DNA of 64,000 nt from a virus: positions 1 through 64,000 of IMG/VR virus record IMGVR_UViG_3300048014_000057. One strand, written 5' to 3'. Under the pieces are notes generated by a model. That model was given only the letters and a program-made list of their open reading frames with translations, was not told where the DNA came from and made no database searches. A program made the translations under genes and the position numbers. Shown piece after piece: positions 26,884 through 36,882 of this stretch; within the stretch, counting starts at the first letter, position 1; each line of letters opens with the position of its first letter.

Positions 26884-29001
26884 ATGACTAATATAACGCA
26901 AGTATCTTTGGTAAATGGAGTTCCCTCTGTAGGTACAGGTAATGTTTCTACTATTGATAATCTTATTGCTGTAGGTTTACCTATTTCTTCTGGATTACCC
27001 ACAGGATCAAATACAATTGGTGCTGTAACTCTAAGTTCTGGTGTAGTTAATTCTGCACTTTTATTTTCCAATGGTTCTTATGTTACAAATACAAATCCTG
27101 TTCCAGTTTCTTTATCTGTAGAACCAACAATTAATATTGGTTCGGTAAGTATCTTATCAGGAAATAATAATATCGGTGGATTTATGATACAGGATGGTTC
27201 TGGTGGTTCAAATAATAGAGTTTTAGTAGCAGCTTTTCATAATGCAGATAATCAAACTTTAGGAACAGCCTATGGTCTTAATACTGGTGGAGTTGCACAA
27301 TTATTAAATCCTATTGGCAATATTGATCGTCAAAGAGGAACTGGTCTGGATAATATTCCTGCTACTGGTATTTCTACTGGTATTGCTACTTCTGCAATGC
27401 AATTTAAAACATTTTCTAATAATTCTACTGGTATTTCTACTGGTTCTAATTCTGTTTATGCTGTTGCTCTTTCTGGAAATGTTGGTAATGTTCCATGGAA
27501 AATTCAAAGTGGTTCTGTTTTAATTATAGGCTATAATACAGCTAATCAAGAAACTGTAATTGTTAGTTCTGCTAATACAACACAATTTACTGCCACATTT
27601 ACCTATGTACATCCTGCAAATACTTTAATTACAGGATTTACCTATAATCAAGGTAGAGATGCGGCTGGTGAAAATGATGGTGCTTCTGGTGCTGGCACTT
27701 CTGTTGCTGCTGGTTATGAATATAATGGTGGTGATCCTTCTGGTGGCAACTATGATAGAGAAAGATCAATTAATGCCAAAGGATTTACACAAGTAGCAAT
27801 TTCTTCTGGTGGTACTGTAGGTTCTAATTCTATTGTTATAGCCTCTGCAAATACTCTTCAACCTGGAATGAAAGTTCTTTTATCTAATAATGCTCTTATT
27901 GGAACACAAACTTATGAAGCTGTTAACATAGATTTATCATATATTCCTGGTTCCACAACTGTTCCATTATCATCAAATATAGTTCAAACTGTTTCTGGTG
28001 GTTATACATTTCTTTCCTATGATTCATTTAACGCTCTTGGAGCACAATTAAATGGATTTTTACCATTTGGAGTAGGAATTGAAGAAGAAGCTATTTTTGA
28101 TCCTGTTTCTGGTAAATATTTTATTGGTAGAGTCGCAACTTCTGATGGAATGGGAGCAAATAATATTCCTGCCGAAGGAGTTGCCTTATGGAATGGTTCT
28201 ACATTTGATAGACTAAAGGGAAATACTACTGTTGGTGCATATACTTATTCAACTCTTGCACCAGGAACTAATTTTGTGGGTAATGTTTCTGTAACAGCAC
28301 TTCCTTCTTTAGTTATTACTTCTGGTGTAGTTAATTCTGCACTTTTATTTTCCAATGGTTCTTATGTTACAAATACAAATCCTATTCCTATTTCTGGTTC
28401 ACTTTCTCTTGGTGGACTTTCAACAGGAACTAATTCTATAGGTAACGTTTCTATTACTTCTGGTACTATTACCATTGGTACTGGTCTTCCTACGGGAGCC
28501 AATACAATTGGATCATTCAATTTTGGAACATCTGGTGTAGAAAAATGGATAGCTGGTTCTGGTCAAGGTTTAACTTGGGGATCAGCATTTTCAACTGAAA
28601 TAAATTCTATTGCTAATAATTATGCAATTCAGTCAAGTGTTGTTATTACCAATGGTAGTGCTTTGGATACTTATATGGATATTTCAATTTCCATGGGATC
28701 AATAACAACTATTGCTGGTGCTCCTTATCTTGGATTATATCTTTATCCATTAAACCAAGATGGTACAACATATGGAGATGGTAGATTTGCCTCGGCTGCT
28801 GCTGGTCCACCTTTACCAATTTATTATGTAGGACAAATATCTCTTATTCCGTCTGTTACACAAGCTCAAACAGGATCATTTACAAATATTCTACTTCCAC
28901 CAGGATCATTTATACTTGTTCTTTATAACGTAGCTGGTGCAACTTTAGCTTCCTCTTCAAATGTTATAAAATATAGAACTTATAATAGATCAATAAGATA
29001 A
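26884..29001 (+). CDS. Putative head/tail fibre-like protein with internal repeats
   Basis: 705 aa G/S/T/N-rich; LPTG.NTIG repeats; duplicated SGVVNSALLFSNGSYVTNTNP segment. Confidence 0.65.
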   Translation: MTNITQVSLVNGVPSVGTGNVSTIDNLIAVGLPISSGLPTGSNTIGAVTLSSGVVNSALLFSNGSYVTNTNPVPVSLSVEPTINIGSVSILSGNNNIGGFMIQDGSGGSNNRVLVAAFHNADNQTLGTAYGLNTGGVAQLLNPIGNIDRQRGTGLDNIPATGISTGIATSAMQFKTFSNNSTGISTGSNSVYAVALSGNVGNVPWKIQSGSVLIIGYNTANQETVIVSSANTTQFTATFTYVHPANTLITGFTYNQGRDAAGENDGASGAGTSVAAGYEYNGGDPSGGNYDRERSINAKGFTQVAISSGGTVGSNSIVIASANTLQPGMKVLLSNNALIGTQTYEAVNIDLSYIPGSTTVPLSSNIVQTVSGGYTFLSYDSFNALGAQLNGFLPFGVGIEEEAIFDPVSGKYFIGRVATSDGMGANNIPAEGVALWNGSTFDRLKGNTTVGAYTYSTLAPGTNFVGNVSVTALPSLVITSGVVNSALLFSNGSYVTNTNPIPISGSLSLGGLSTGTNSIGNVSITSGTITIGTGLPTGANTIGSFNFGTSGVEKWIAGSGQGLTWGSAFSTEINSIANNYAIQSSVVITNGSALDTYMDISISMGSITTIAGAPYLGLYLYPLNQDGTTYGDGRFASAAAGPPLPIYYVGQISLIPSVTQAQTGSFTNILLPPGSFILVLYNVAGATLASSSNVIKYRTYNRSIR
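27036..28383 (+). repeat. Exact 64-bp direct repeat pair (27036-27099; 28320-28383)
   Basis: Identical TTCTGGTGTAGTTAATTCTGCAC...ACAAATCCT; offset 1284 bp = 428 codons. Confidence 0.92.
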
Positions 29002-29751
29002 ATGTTTCAATCTTCGTTAAATCAAAAATATACATTAAATCCAAATAAATTAATTGTTCCTAATGGATTAGTTGGATATTGGCCTTTAACTATTGATACA
29101 ATAAATTTAACTAATTCTATAGTTTATGATATTTCTGGTAATAAACTTACAGGAACTATTAATGGAACTGTTAGTATTTCATCCGGACAAAATATGTCCT
29201 GTTTAAATTTTAACGGTTCTTCAAATTATATAAGTTTTGTCAATAATCCTGTTTTTCCTAATGTTTCAAGAAGTCAAACAGTCTGGTTCAAATCTAATGG
29301 TGGTGATGGATGTATTATTGGAAATGATGATACGTCTCCACCTACTTCTAGTAGTTCATTTGATATTGATATTTATATAGGTACAGATAATAATATACAT
29401 ATGGGGGCTTATACCGCATTAGGAGCTATAACTACATCAAAAAATGTAAATGATAACAAATGGCATTTTGCCTGTCTTACTTATAATACAGTTTCTCAGT
29501 ATCAATATGGATATTTAGATGGGCAATTAATAGGAAGTTATTCAGGAAATGCTGATATTGAAACTTATTGGTTTATTGGTGCAGGATATTCAACATCAGG
29601 TTGGTCAAATGCTTCAAATGCATATCCTTGGTATTTTAGTGGTCAAATAGAAGAAGTAAGATTTTATAATCGCGATCTTTCTCCCCACGAAATTTTTTTA
29701 TTATATAAAGCCGGTCTTTTAAATTATAGAACAAAAATAAATAATTTCTAA
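29002..29751 (+). CDS. LamG/concanavalin A-like lectin domain protein
   Basis: GLVGYW, DISGN...G, FNG, D.KWHF..LTY, YLDG, F.GQI.EVRFYNR.LS..EI..LY. Confidence 0.85.
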   Translation: MFQSSLNQKYTLNPNKLIVPNGLVGYWPLTIDTINLTNSIVYDISGNKLTGTINGTVSISSGQNMSCLNFNGSSNYISFVNNPVFPNVSRSQTVWFKSNGGDGCIIGNDDTSPPTSSSSFDIDIYIGTDNNIHMGAYTALGAITTSKNVNDNKWHFACLTYNTVSQYQYGYLDGQLIGSYSGNADIETYWFIGAGYSTSGWSNASNAYPWYFSGQIEEVRFYNRDLSPHEIFLLYKAGLLNYRTKINNF

Positions 29752-29764
29752 AAAAGGAAATAAA

Positions 29765-30433
29765 ATGAAACTTTTATCGGAACTTCAAGAAAAAGTAGAA
29801 TTTCTAACAGAGGGAGAAGGAAATTCTAAAAAACATTATATTTCGGGTTTATTTTTAGAATTTGATACTCCCAATAAAAATAATCGTAAATATTCTTCTG
29901 AATATCATGATCCTACAGTTAAAAAATATATTTCTGAAAAAGTTAATAATAATAATGCCTTTGGGGAGTGTGATCATCCGGAGACAAGACCAACAATAAG
30001 TTTAACTCATGTTTCTCATAGAATTACGGAAATGCACAAGGATGGTTCTAATTGGTACGGAAAGGCCATAATTACCAATACTCCTAATGGAAATATTCTT
30101 AAAGGGTTATTAGAAAGTGGAGGAAATCTTGGTGTTTCTTCTCGTGGGCTTGGTTCTTTAAAACAATGTGAAGGTTTCATGGAAGTTCAACCAGATTATA
30201 AATTAATTACTGCCGCCGATGTTGTCTCTGATCCTTCCGCACATGGAGCATTTGTTCAAGGCATCATGGAAAATGTAGAATATTTTTTTGATGAATCTTC
30301 GGGATCATGGTTAGCAGAAAAAACAGAAGAAATCAAGAAAAAAATGAAAAAAATGTCATTAAAAGAAATTTCTGAAAAGAAAACAATAATGTTTGAACAC
30401 TTTCTTCGGTCTCTTATAAAAAACAAAAAATAA
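29765..30433 (+). CDS. gp21: Prohead core protease gp21
   Basis: N.N.R.Y, GE.DHP, VSH.I, TP.G.I, LGVSSRGLGSL, D.V.DPSA..AFV.G..E. Confidence 0.95.
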   Translation: MKLLSELQEKVEFLTEGEGNSKKHYISGLFLEFDTPNKNNRKYSSEYHDPTVKKYISEKVNNNNAFGECDHPETRPTISLTHVSHRITEMHKDGSNWYGKAIITNTPNGNILKGLLESGGNLGVSSRGLGSLKQCEGFMEVQPDYKLITAADVVSDPSAHGAFVQGIMENVEYFFDESSGSWLAEKTEEIKKKMKKMSLKEISEKKTIMFEHFLRSLIKNKK

Positions 30434-30466
30434 TAAATATATAGAATTTAAAAAAAGGGGAAATAA

Positions 30467-30838
30467 ATGCCAAATATAGATAACGCCGCAAATTTTTTAA
30501 TTTTACAAGGTAATACATCAGGAACTAATGGTGTTATCCAAGTTGTAGGATCAAATACTATATTATCATTGGGTGTTGCCAATACATCTAATTCACTTAA
30601 TTTATATATTACTTTACCTCAAGGTATAGTACAGAATATGGGTTCATGCAACGCCAATTCAACAGGAACCACAATTACTCTAGCTCACCCATACACAACA
30701 GCATTATATTCAGTTGGAGCCGATTCAAATACTGTAGCTTCAAGCGTTGGAATTACAACATCTAATACAACTACACTTGTAATTACATCCAACACTACAG
30801 CAAATGTTCTATGTTTTTGGCAATCCTGGGGGTACTAA
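30467..30838 (+). CDS. Small virion protein, paralogue of 30897
   Basis: Near-collinear similarity (MPNID.AA.FLIL.GNT.GTNG.IQV); LP.G...Q.G and C-terminal W...GY motif of fibre-tip domains. Confidence 0.65.
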   Translation: MPNIDNAANFLILQGNTSGTNGVIQVVGSNTILSLGVANTSNSLNLYITLPQGIVQNMGSCNANSTGTTITLAHPYTTALYSVGADSNTVASSVGITTSNTTTLVITSNTTANVLCFWQSWGY

Positions 30839-30896
30839 AAAATTAATTCTAAATTTTGATTATATATCAAATACTTAAACAAAAAGGAGATTTAAA

Positions 30897-31268
30897 ATGC
30901 CTAATATAGATTTAGCAGCAAGTTTTTTAATACTTGAAGGAAATACTGCCGGTACTAATGGAATTATTCAGGTTATTGGTTCAAATACTGTTCTTGCTGT
31001 TGGTTCTGCCAATACTAGCAATTCTCTTTCTGGATTTGCTACTTTGACTAACGGAATTACACTCAATTATGGTTCTGCCAACGCCAATTCAACCGGAACC
31101 ATGGTTACTCTCGGTTATCCTTATGTATCCAATGTTTTTTCAGTAACAACTACATCTAATGCTGCGGGAGAAACTGTTGCTGTTACTGCTGCTAACACAA
31201 CCAAGATTACACTAACAACTAACTCAACTGCCAACGTAACTGTTTATTACAATGTTATTGGCATTTAA
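30897..31268 (+). CDS. Small virion protein, paralogue of 30467
   Basis: Same length (123 aa) and motifs as 30467. Confidence 0.65.
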   Translation: MPNIDLAASFLILEGNTAGTNGIIQVIGSNTVLAVGSANTSNSLSGFATLTNGITLNYGSANANSTGTMVTLGYPYVSNVFSVTTTSNAAGETVAVTAANTTKITLTTNSTANVTVYYNVIGI

Positions 31269-31303
31269 TACTTAAATAATAAATATAAAAAACGGAGAAT
31301 TTA

Positions 31304-32515
31304 ATGAAAAATACTGTTTATATAATTACTAATAAAGAAAAGAATATTAATGGAATTATTTCCAATATTGATGAAAATAATATTTCTATTCTTTGGGAAG
31401 ATAAAAAGGAAGAAAAATTAAGTAATGATGAATTAAATTCTCTTTTAGATTCGGATGATTATGATGTAGAAGAAACAGAAATTGAAGAAGATGAAACACC
31501 TGCACAAAAATCAATTCAAACACATAAAACAGCAGATGCTACAGATGAGGTCGATGGAAATCCAAAGACTAAATTAGATTGGATTCGTGCTATTGTTGGT
31601 AATTTAGCCGATATGGACGTAACTACACTAGCAGGATTACAAGACAAAGTTTTAAAACAAATTGGGGGAGAAGCCGAAAGAGCCGGTACTGCAAATGATA
31701 CCGATAAAAATCGTTCTTCTATACAAATGAAACCATCGGGAGCACAAGAAAAATCACCTTTATATACAGAGTCAGTTAAACTTCAAAAAGAAGAAATGGA
31801 TAATATTTTTGGAGAAACTGAATTAACAGAAGATGCAAAATTAAAAATTTCTACTCTTTTTGAGACTTCGATTGCACTTCGTCTTACAGAAGAAGTTCTT
31901 AAAATTCAAGAAATTTATGATAAAAAATTACTAGAAAATATTGAATCACTTACTTCAGAATTAATTGAAAATATAGATTCTTATTTTAATCATGTAACAG
32001 AAGAATGGATTAAAGAAAATCAAGTTGCTATTGAATCTACTTTAAAAACTGAATTAACAGAAGAATTTATTTCTGGTCTTAAGAATTTATTTAATGAACA
32101 TTATATTGAAATTCCAGAGGAAAGAGTTGATGTCTATGAAAATCTTGTTTCTAATTTTACAGAAGTAGAAAATAATTTAAATGTATCAGAAAATAAATTA
32201 ATTGAATCTAAAAAAGAAATTAATAATTTAAGAAAAGAAATTATTATTTTAGAAAATTCTTCTTCATTAACTCTTCCACAGAAAGAAAAATTTAAAACTT
32301 TAATCGAAGGTGTAGATTTTGATAATGAAGAAGAATACAAGAAAAAAATTCTTATAATTAAAGAAGGATTTTTAAATAAGAATAAAGATTCTAATATTAT
32401 TTCAGAATCTTTTTCAGAAGAAAGTAATAATTCATTAACTTCTTCTGATCCTGCTATGTCATCCTATGTAAATGCTATCAGAAAAAATAAGAAATTTTCT
32501 GATAATCCATTTTAA
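31304..32515 (+). CDS. gp22: Prohead core scaffold gp22
   Basis: Acidic coiled coil; IDSYF..V.EEW..EN..AIE..LK.EL.E.F..GLK.LF.EHYI.IPEE; between gp21 and gp23. Confidence 0.9.
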   Translation: MKNTVYIITNKEKNINGIISNIDENNISILWEDKKEEKLSNDELNSLLDSDDYDVEETEIEEDETPAQKSIQTHKTADATDEVDGNPKTKLDWIRAIVGNLADMDVTTLAGLQDKVLKQIGGEAERAGTANDTDKNRSSIQMKPSGAQEKSPLYTESVKLQKEEMDNIFGETELTEDAKLKISTLFETSIALRLTEEVLKIQEIYDKKLLENIESLTSELIENIDSYFNHVTEEWIKENQVAIESTLKTELTEEFISGLKNLFNEHYIEIPEERVDVYENLVSNFTEVENNLNVSENKLIESKKEINNLRKEIIILENSSSLTLPQKEKFKTLIEGVDFDNEEEYKKKILIIKEGFLNKNKDSNIISESFSEESNNSLTSSDPAMSSYVNAIRKNKKFSDNPF

Positions 32516-32579
32516 TTCGTAAAAAATTCAAAATAATAAATAAAAATAGAATATAAAAATTAGGGAGAAAAAACAATAT

Positions 32580-33971
32580 ATGAGTAATTTTAAAAATTCA
32601 CCTTCTGAAATGCTTACAGAAAAATGGAAAGAAGTTCTAGAAGTTGATTCTTTACCTTCTATTAAATCTAATTATAGAAAAACTGTTACTGCACGTCTTT
32701 TAGAAAATACTCGAAATGCACAGAGGGAAGCTCGTGCAATGGGTATGGGATTTGGTCTCTTAGCCGAAGAATTTCCAACAAACGTAATGGGTACTTCTTC
32801 TTCTGTATCAGGAACGGGTAATATTGATACATTTGATCCTATTCTTATTTCCCTAATTAGACGAACAATGCCTAATCTTATTGCATATGATATTTGTGGG
32901 GTACAGCCTATGACTGGTCCTACTGGATTAATCTTTGCACTTCGTTCACGTTATGGTTCACAGACTGGTACTGAAAACTTCTATAACGAAGTCAACACAG
33001 GATGGTCTTCATTCCCAGGTGCAAACATTTCTGCCAATGCTGCTGGTTATGCCAATACTACTGTTCCTGGTGGTGCCAATGGTAATCTTTCTGGTCTTCC
33101 TGGTATTTCCAATAACGCTGGTAACTCAACATATAACTACGCTGGTGGTATGTCAACTGCCGTAGCGGAAGGTCTTGGATTTGGTAACTCTGTATTCCCT
33201 GAAATTGCTATCTCCATTGAAAAAACCAATGTTAATGCCAAGGAAAGAGGATTAAAAGCAGAATATTCTATCGAACTTGCACAGGATTTACGTGCTGTTC
33301 ATGGTCTTGATGCTGAATCACTTCTTTCGGATTTCCTTTCTGCTGAATTACTTGCTGAAATTAATCGTGAAGTTGTTCGTACTATTAACGTTACTGCTTC
33401 TGTTGGTGCTCAGTTTGGTACTACTTCTGTTGGTGTATTTGATCTTGATCTTGATTCGGATGGTAGATGGATGATTGAGAAATTTAAAGGTCTCATGTTC
33501 CGTCTTGATCTTGAAGCTAATGCAATTGCCAAGAATACCCGACGTGGTAAAGGTAACTTCTTAATTTGTTCTTCTAACGTTGCTTCTGCACTACAGGCTG
33601 CTGGTGTTCTACAGTTTACTCCTAAGTTAGATGGAAATCAGTTAGAAGTTGATGATACTGGTAATACTTTTGCTGGTGTTCTTAATGGAAGATATAAAGT
33701 ATATATTGATCCATATTCAACTGGTGATTATATGACTATTGGATATAAAGGTCAAAATGCCTTCGATGCTGGTTTATTTTACTGTCCATATGTTCCTCTA
33801 CAATTATTAAAAGCTATTGATCCAAATACACTCCAACCTAAGATCGCCTTTAAGACTCGTTATGGCATGGTTGCTAATCCTTTTGCTCAGGGACTTACTG
33901 TTGGACAAGGTGCTCTTATCCAGGATTCCAATCTATTTTTTAATCGGCTGCAAATTAAAAATTTAATGTAA
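32580..33971 (+). CDS. gp23: Major capsid protein gp23
   Basis: DP.LISLIRR.MPNLIAYD.CGVQPM.GPTGLIFA, ELAQDLRAVHGLDAE, EINREV, DAGLFYCPYVPL, KTRYG...NPF. Confidence 0.98.
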   Translation: MSNFKNSPSEMLTEKWKEVLEVDSLPSIKSNYRKTVTARLLENTRNAQREARAMGMGFGLLAEEFPTNVMGTSSSVSGTGNIDTFDPILISLIRRTMPNLIAYDICGVQPMTGPTGLIFALRSRYGSQTGTENFYNEVNTGWSSFPGANISANAAGYANTTVPGGANGNLSGLPGISNNAGNSTYNYAGGMSTAVAEGLGFGNSVFPEIAISIEKTNVNAKERGLKAEYSIELAQDLRAVHGLDAESLLSDFLSAELLAEINREVVRTINVTASVGAQFGTTSVGVFDLDLDSDGRWMIEKFKGLMFRLDLEANAIAKNTRRGKGNFLICSSNVASALQAAGVLQFTPKLDGNQLEVDDTGNTFAGVLNGRYKVYIDPYSTGDYMTIGYKGQNAFDAGLFYCPYVPLQLLKAIDPNTLQPKIAFKTRYGMVANPFAQGLTVGQGALIQDSNLFFNRLQIKNLM

Positions 33972-34000
33972 ATGCTATTTTCTTATGTAAAATAAGAATA

Positions 34001-34030
34001 AAAAAAAGAGCCTTAATTGGCTCTTTTTTT
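34001..34030. terminator. Bidirectional intrinsic terminator
   Basis: AAAAAAAGAGCC-TTAATT-GGCTCTTTTTTT between convergent genes. Confidence 0.85.
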
Positions 34031-35450
34031 ATATCAATACCCATGTTATTTTTCCGGCATCCCATACTCTTTTATATCCTAATAATTTCATTGCTTCACT
34101 TTCTGTCATATTAGTCATATCTAAACCAAATTGTGATTGGATTATATCTTTTCTGAATCCTCTTTTGGACATTCTTTTTAAATTTTTATCTAAATACATA
34201 TAATCAGGTGAAGGTTCTCCAACTGATATAAATCCATGTAAAGAATATACCTTACCAGAAGCATATGATCTATCAGAATAAGATATTATAGAGCCTTTAT
34301 TATTTTTTTTAAAATGTTTAAGAAGTTTAGAAAATCCTCCTAAAACTATAGTATTTAGTTTATTTGCATATCTAATTAATTCCCAATCATAATTTTTATT
34401 AAATCTTGATATTGAAAATGACATACAAGCAACTAATTCGTTTTCAGAATATAATCCATATGAAATAGAAGCATTATCTTCTCCTTGTATATGATTATCT
34501 TCAAAAAATTTTTTTCTTAAATATTTAGGAACTTCTTGTATTATAGTTTTTCTTGCAAATATTTTTCTATCAATGAATCCTAATTTATTTTTTATCATAC
34601 TTTTAATAATTTCTGGTTTTTCTGCCCATATATCACTCCATACATGAAAAAGAAAAATTCCATCATTTTCACAAGCATTAGTTTTATTAAAATGATACCA
34701 TTTATCTTTTCCTTTTGCTTCTTCGTGATGAAAAATAAGACCATTATATTCAATGGCTATTTTTTTATCTGGCATATAAATATCTAGCTCTTTGTTTTTT
34801 TCATTAATTATTGTTGTTCTATCATTAATTTTAATTTCATTATTATAAAATGATTTAATAAAATCATATATTTCTTTTTGGGATTTAGAAACTTTTACAT
34901 GAGGTTTATCATAATCATTAGGATTTTTGGCGATAATATCATATTCTGAAAATAAAGTAGAAATAACACCTAAAGAAACATCAAATTTATCTGCTAATTG
35001 ACGCATAGTTAAACCAGAATTGTAGGCATTTTCTATTACTTCTTTTGTTAGAATTTCTCTAGAATACATACCAACACGAAAATTTTCTATTTGGTGTTTA
35101 ATTAAATATTGTTTTACTAAAACTTCAGAACAACCTAAAATCTCTCCTATATCCCACTGAGATTTTTTTTGATTAACTCTTATATCATATAACCATTCAT
35201 AGTCATTCAATTTTTCATGAGCTTCTAATTTATTATTTCTTTTCTTTCCAATTTGATTTTCTCCGACAATTTTAGATGCTTCCTCATGATCTCTTAGAGG
35301 AATATTAAAATTCCTCATCCACCTAAGAAAGGTAGGTCGAGAAACAGAGAATTGTGTAGAAATCTGAGTAGGCGATTTCTTTTCGACATTATAAAGATTT
35401 TCTAATTCTTCTTTAGTAATTGGACATTCGATTTTTCTAGACATTTTCAT
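34029..35450 (-). CDS. Hef-like homing endonuclease
   Basis: HTH repeats; ELDIY.P..KIAIEYNG..H; ARK, NHIQG, RFNKNYDWELIR, ISYSDR, WDAG. Start likely 35450 or 35444 (GGAG). Confidence 0.8.
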   Translation of the reverse strand: MKMSRKIECPITKEELENLYNVEKKSPTQISTQFSVSRPTFLRWMRNFNIPLRDHEEASKIVGENQIGKKRNNKLEAHEKLNDYEWLYDIRVNQKKSQWDIGEILGCSEVLVKQYLIKHQIENFRVGMYSREILTKEVIENAYNSGLTMRQLADKFDVSLGVISTLFSEYDIIAKNPNDYDKPHVKVSKSQKEIYDFIKSFYNNEIKINDRTTIINEKNKELDIYMPDKKIAIEYNGLIFHHEEAKGKDKWYHFNKTNACENDGIFLFHVWSDIWAEKPEIIKSMIKNKLGFIDRKIFARKTIIQEVPKYLRKKFFEDNHIQGEDNASISYGLYSENELVACMSFSISRFNKNYDWELIRYANKLNTIVLGGFSKLLKHFKKNNKGSIISYSDRSYASGKVYSLHGFISVGEPSPDYMYLDKNLKRMSKRGFRKDIIQSQFGLDMTNMTESEAMKLLGYKRVWDAGKITWVLI

Positions 35451-36876
35451 AACTCCATATGTTATTTCCACAGTCAAAAAATAACCTATAACCATTATTC
35501 AACATATTTTCTCTTTCAGATAGGGTTTCATCATATAATTTTAGATTTTGTAATTTATGTTTCTGAAATTCCATTCTATTGTAGGAAATATTACCATCTG
35601 TATATCTATAACCTATTTTTGTAGAACCCTTAAATTTTAACCCCATCCTTTCAAAAACCTCACCTTCTCCGTATTGTCTGTCGGAATAACATATCACTTT
35701 TTCTTCTATTTTTAAAGTCTTTTTAAATTGAGAAAATAATTTGGAAGCACCACCAACAATATTTTTAAATTTTAAAGTACATAATCTTACCAATTCCCAA
35801 TCATAATTCTTATTAAATCTTGGACGAGAAAATGACATTACTTGTACTAAAATATCTTCATAGAATAATCCATATCTGACAGAAGAAGATGCTGTTCCGT
35901 TAATATGATTTTCCTGACAAAATTCATCATGATCTTTCTTGGATATTTCTCTTACTTCACATTTTCTTCCCATTATCTTTTCTGATTTTCCAAGCGAATT
36001 TGATATAATGGATTCAACAATTTCCTTTTTATCTCTCCATTTTTCATCAGATATATGGAGAATCTTTATATTTTTATTCAAACATGCAAGAGTTTTATTA
36101 AACAATTTTTCCTGATTTTCTTTTTTAAAATCTACATAAGAATGCCAATAGAGCCCATTTATTTCTATGGCTAAGTTATGGGAAGGAATGTAAATATCCA
36201 ATTCCTTACCATCTAAAATTGATCTATTGGTGATTTCAGGAATAATACCCAAAGATTTTATATATTCTCCAATTTCTCTTTCATCCTTTGATTGATTACA
36301 ATAATATTTTATTTCTATATTATATTTCCTAAGATAATCAAGAACAGTTCCATAATAAACTCCTAGAAATTCTGCTATTTCTTCCGAGGTTTTTTCTTGA
36401 TATTCATTTTCTAACCATTCTTTATTTTGTAAATATTCTAAGGCTTGAGGATTATTTTTTTCTAGTTTACTCCTTCTCAAGATTTTTTTTATATCTTCTC
36501 TCTGGGAGTTATATTCAACACCATATTTTTTCAATAAAGTGTTACGTGCTTTTTCTTTTTTAACTTCTTGATCTATTCCCGACACTCTTTTTTTCATTAC
36601 CTCTTTATCTAAAAAATAACATTTTTTGGAACAATATAAAGAAATTTCTTTTTTATCTGTAAAGTGTTGATGTTCTTTATTACAAATTTTACATCTAGGT
36701 AATTCTGTAAATTCTAATTCTAAAAATTTAAGCCTTTCTGAGAGATTTGTATTTTCTCTCAGAAAGGCTGTATTTTCTATAACTTGATTATACAAATTTA
36801 TATTTTTATTTTTTAAAATTATTAACTTTCTTTGTTTTTCGGGAAGTAGATTTTTTATTTCTTCTAAAAGAGTCAT
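35437..36876 (-). CDS. Hef-like homing endonuclease with zinc-ribbon N-terminus
   Basis: CKIC...YCSKKC, KKYGVE, ELDIYIP..NLAIEING.YWHS, RFNKNYDWELVR, FDCG. Confidence 0.8.
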   Translation of the reverse strand: MTLLEEIKNLLPEKQRKLIILKNKNINLYNQVIENTAFLRENTNLSERLKFLELEFTELPRCKICNKEHQHFTDKKEISLYCSKKCYFLDKEVMKKRVSGIDQEVKKEKARNTLLKKYGVEYNSQREDIKKILRRSKLEKNNPQALEYLQNKEWLENEYQEKTSEEIAEFLGVYYGTVLDYLRKYNIEIKYYCNQSKDEREIGEYIKSLGIIPEITNRSILDGKELDIYIPSHNLAIEINGLYWHSYVDFKKENQEKLFNKTLACLNKNIKILHISDEKWRDKKEIVESIISNSLGKSEKIMGRKCEVREISKKDHDEFCQENHINGTASSSVRYGLFYEDILVQVMSFSRPRFNKNYDWELVRLCTLKFKNIVGGASKLFSQFKKTLKIEEKVICYSDRQYGEGEVFERMGLKFKGSTKIGYRYTDGNISYNRMEFQKHKLQNLKLYDETLSERENMLNNGYRLFFDCGNNIWSYENV

Positions 36877-36882
36877 AATTTT

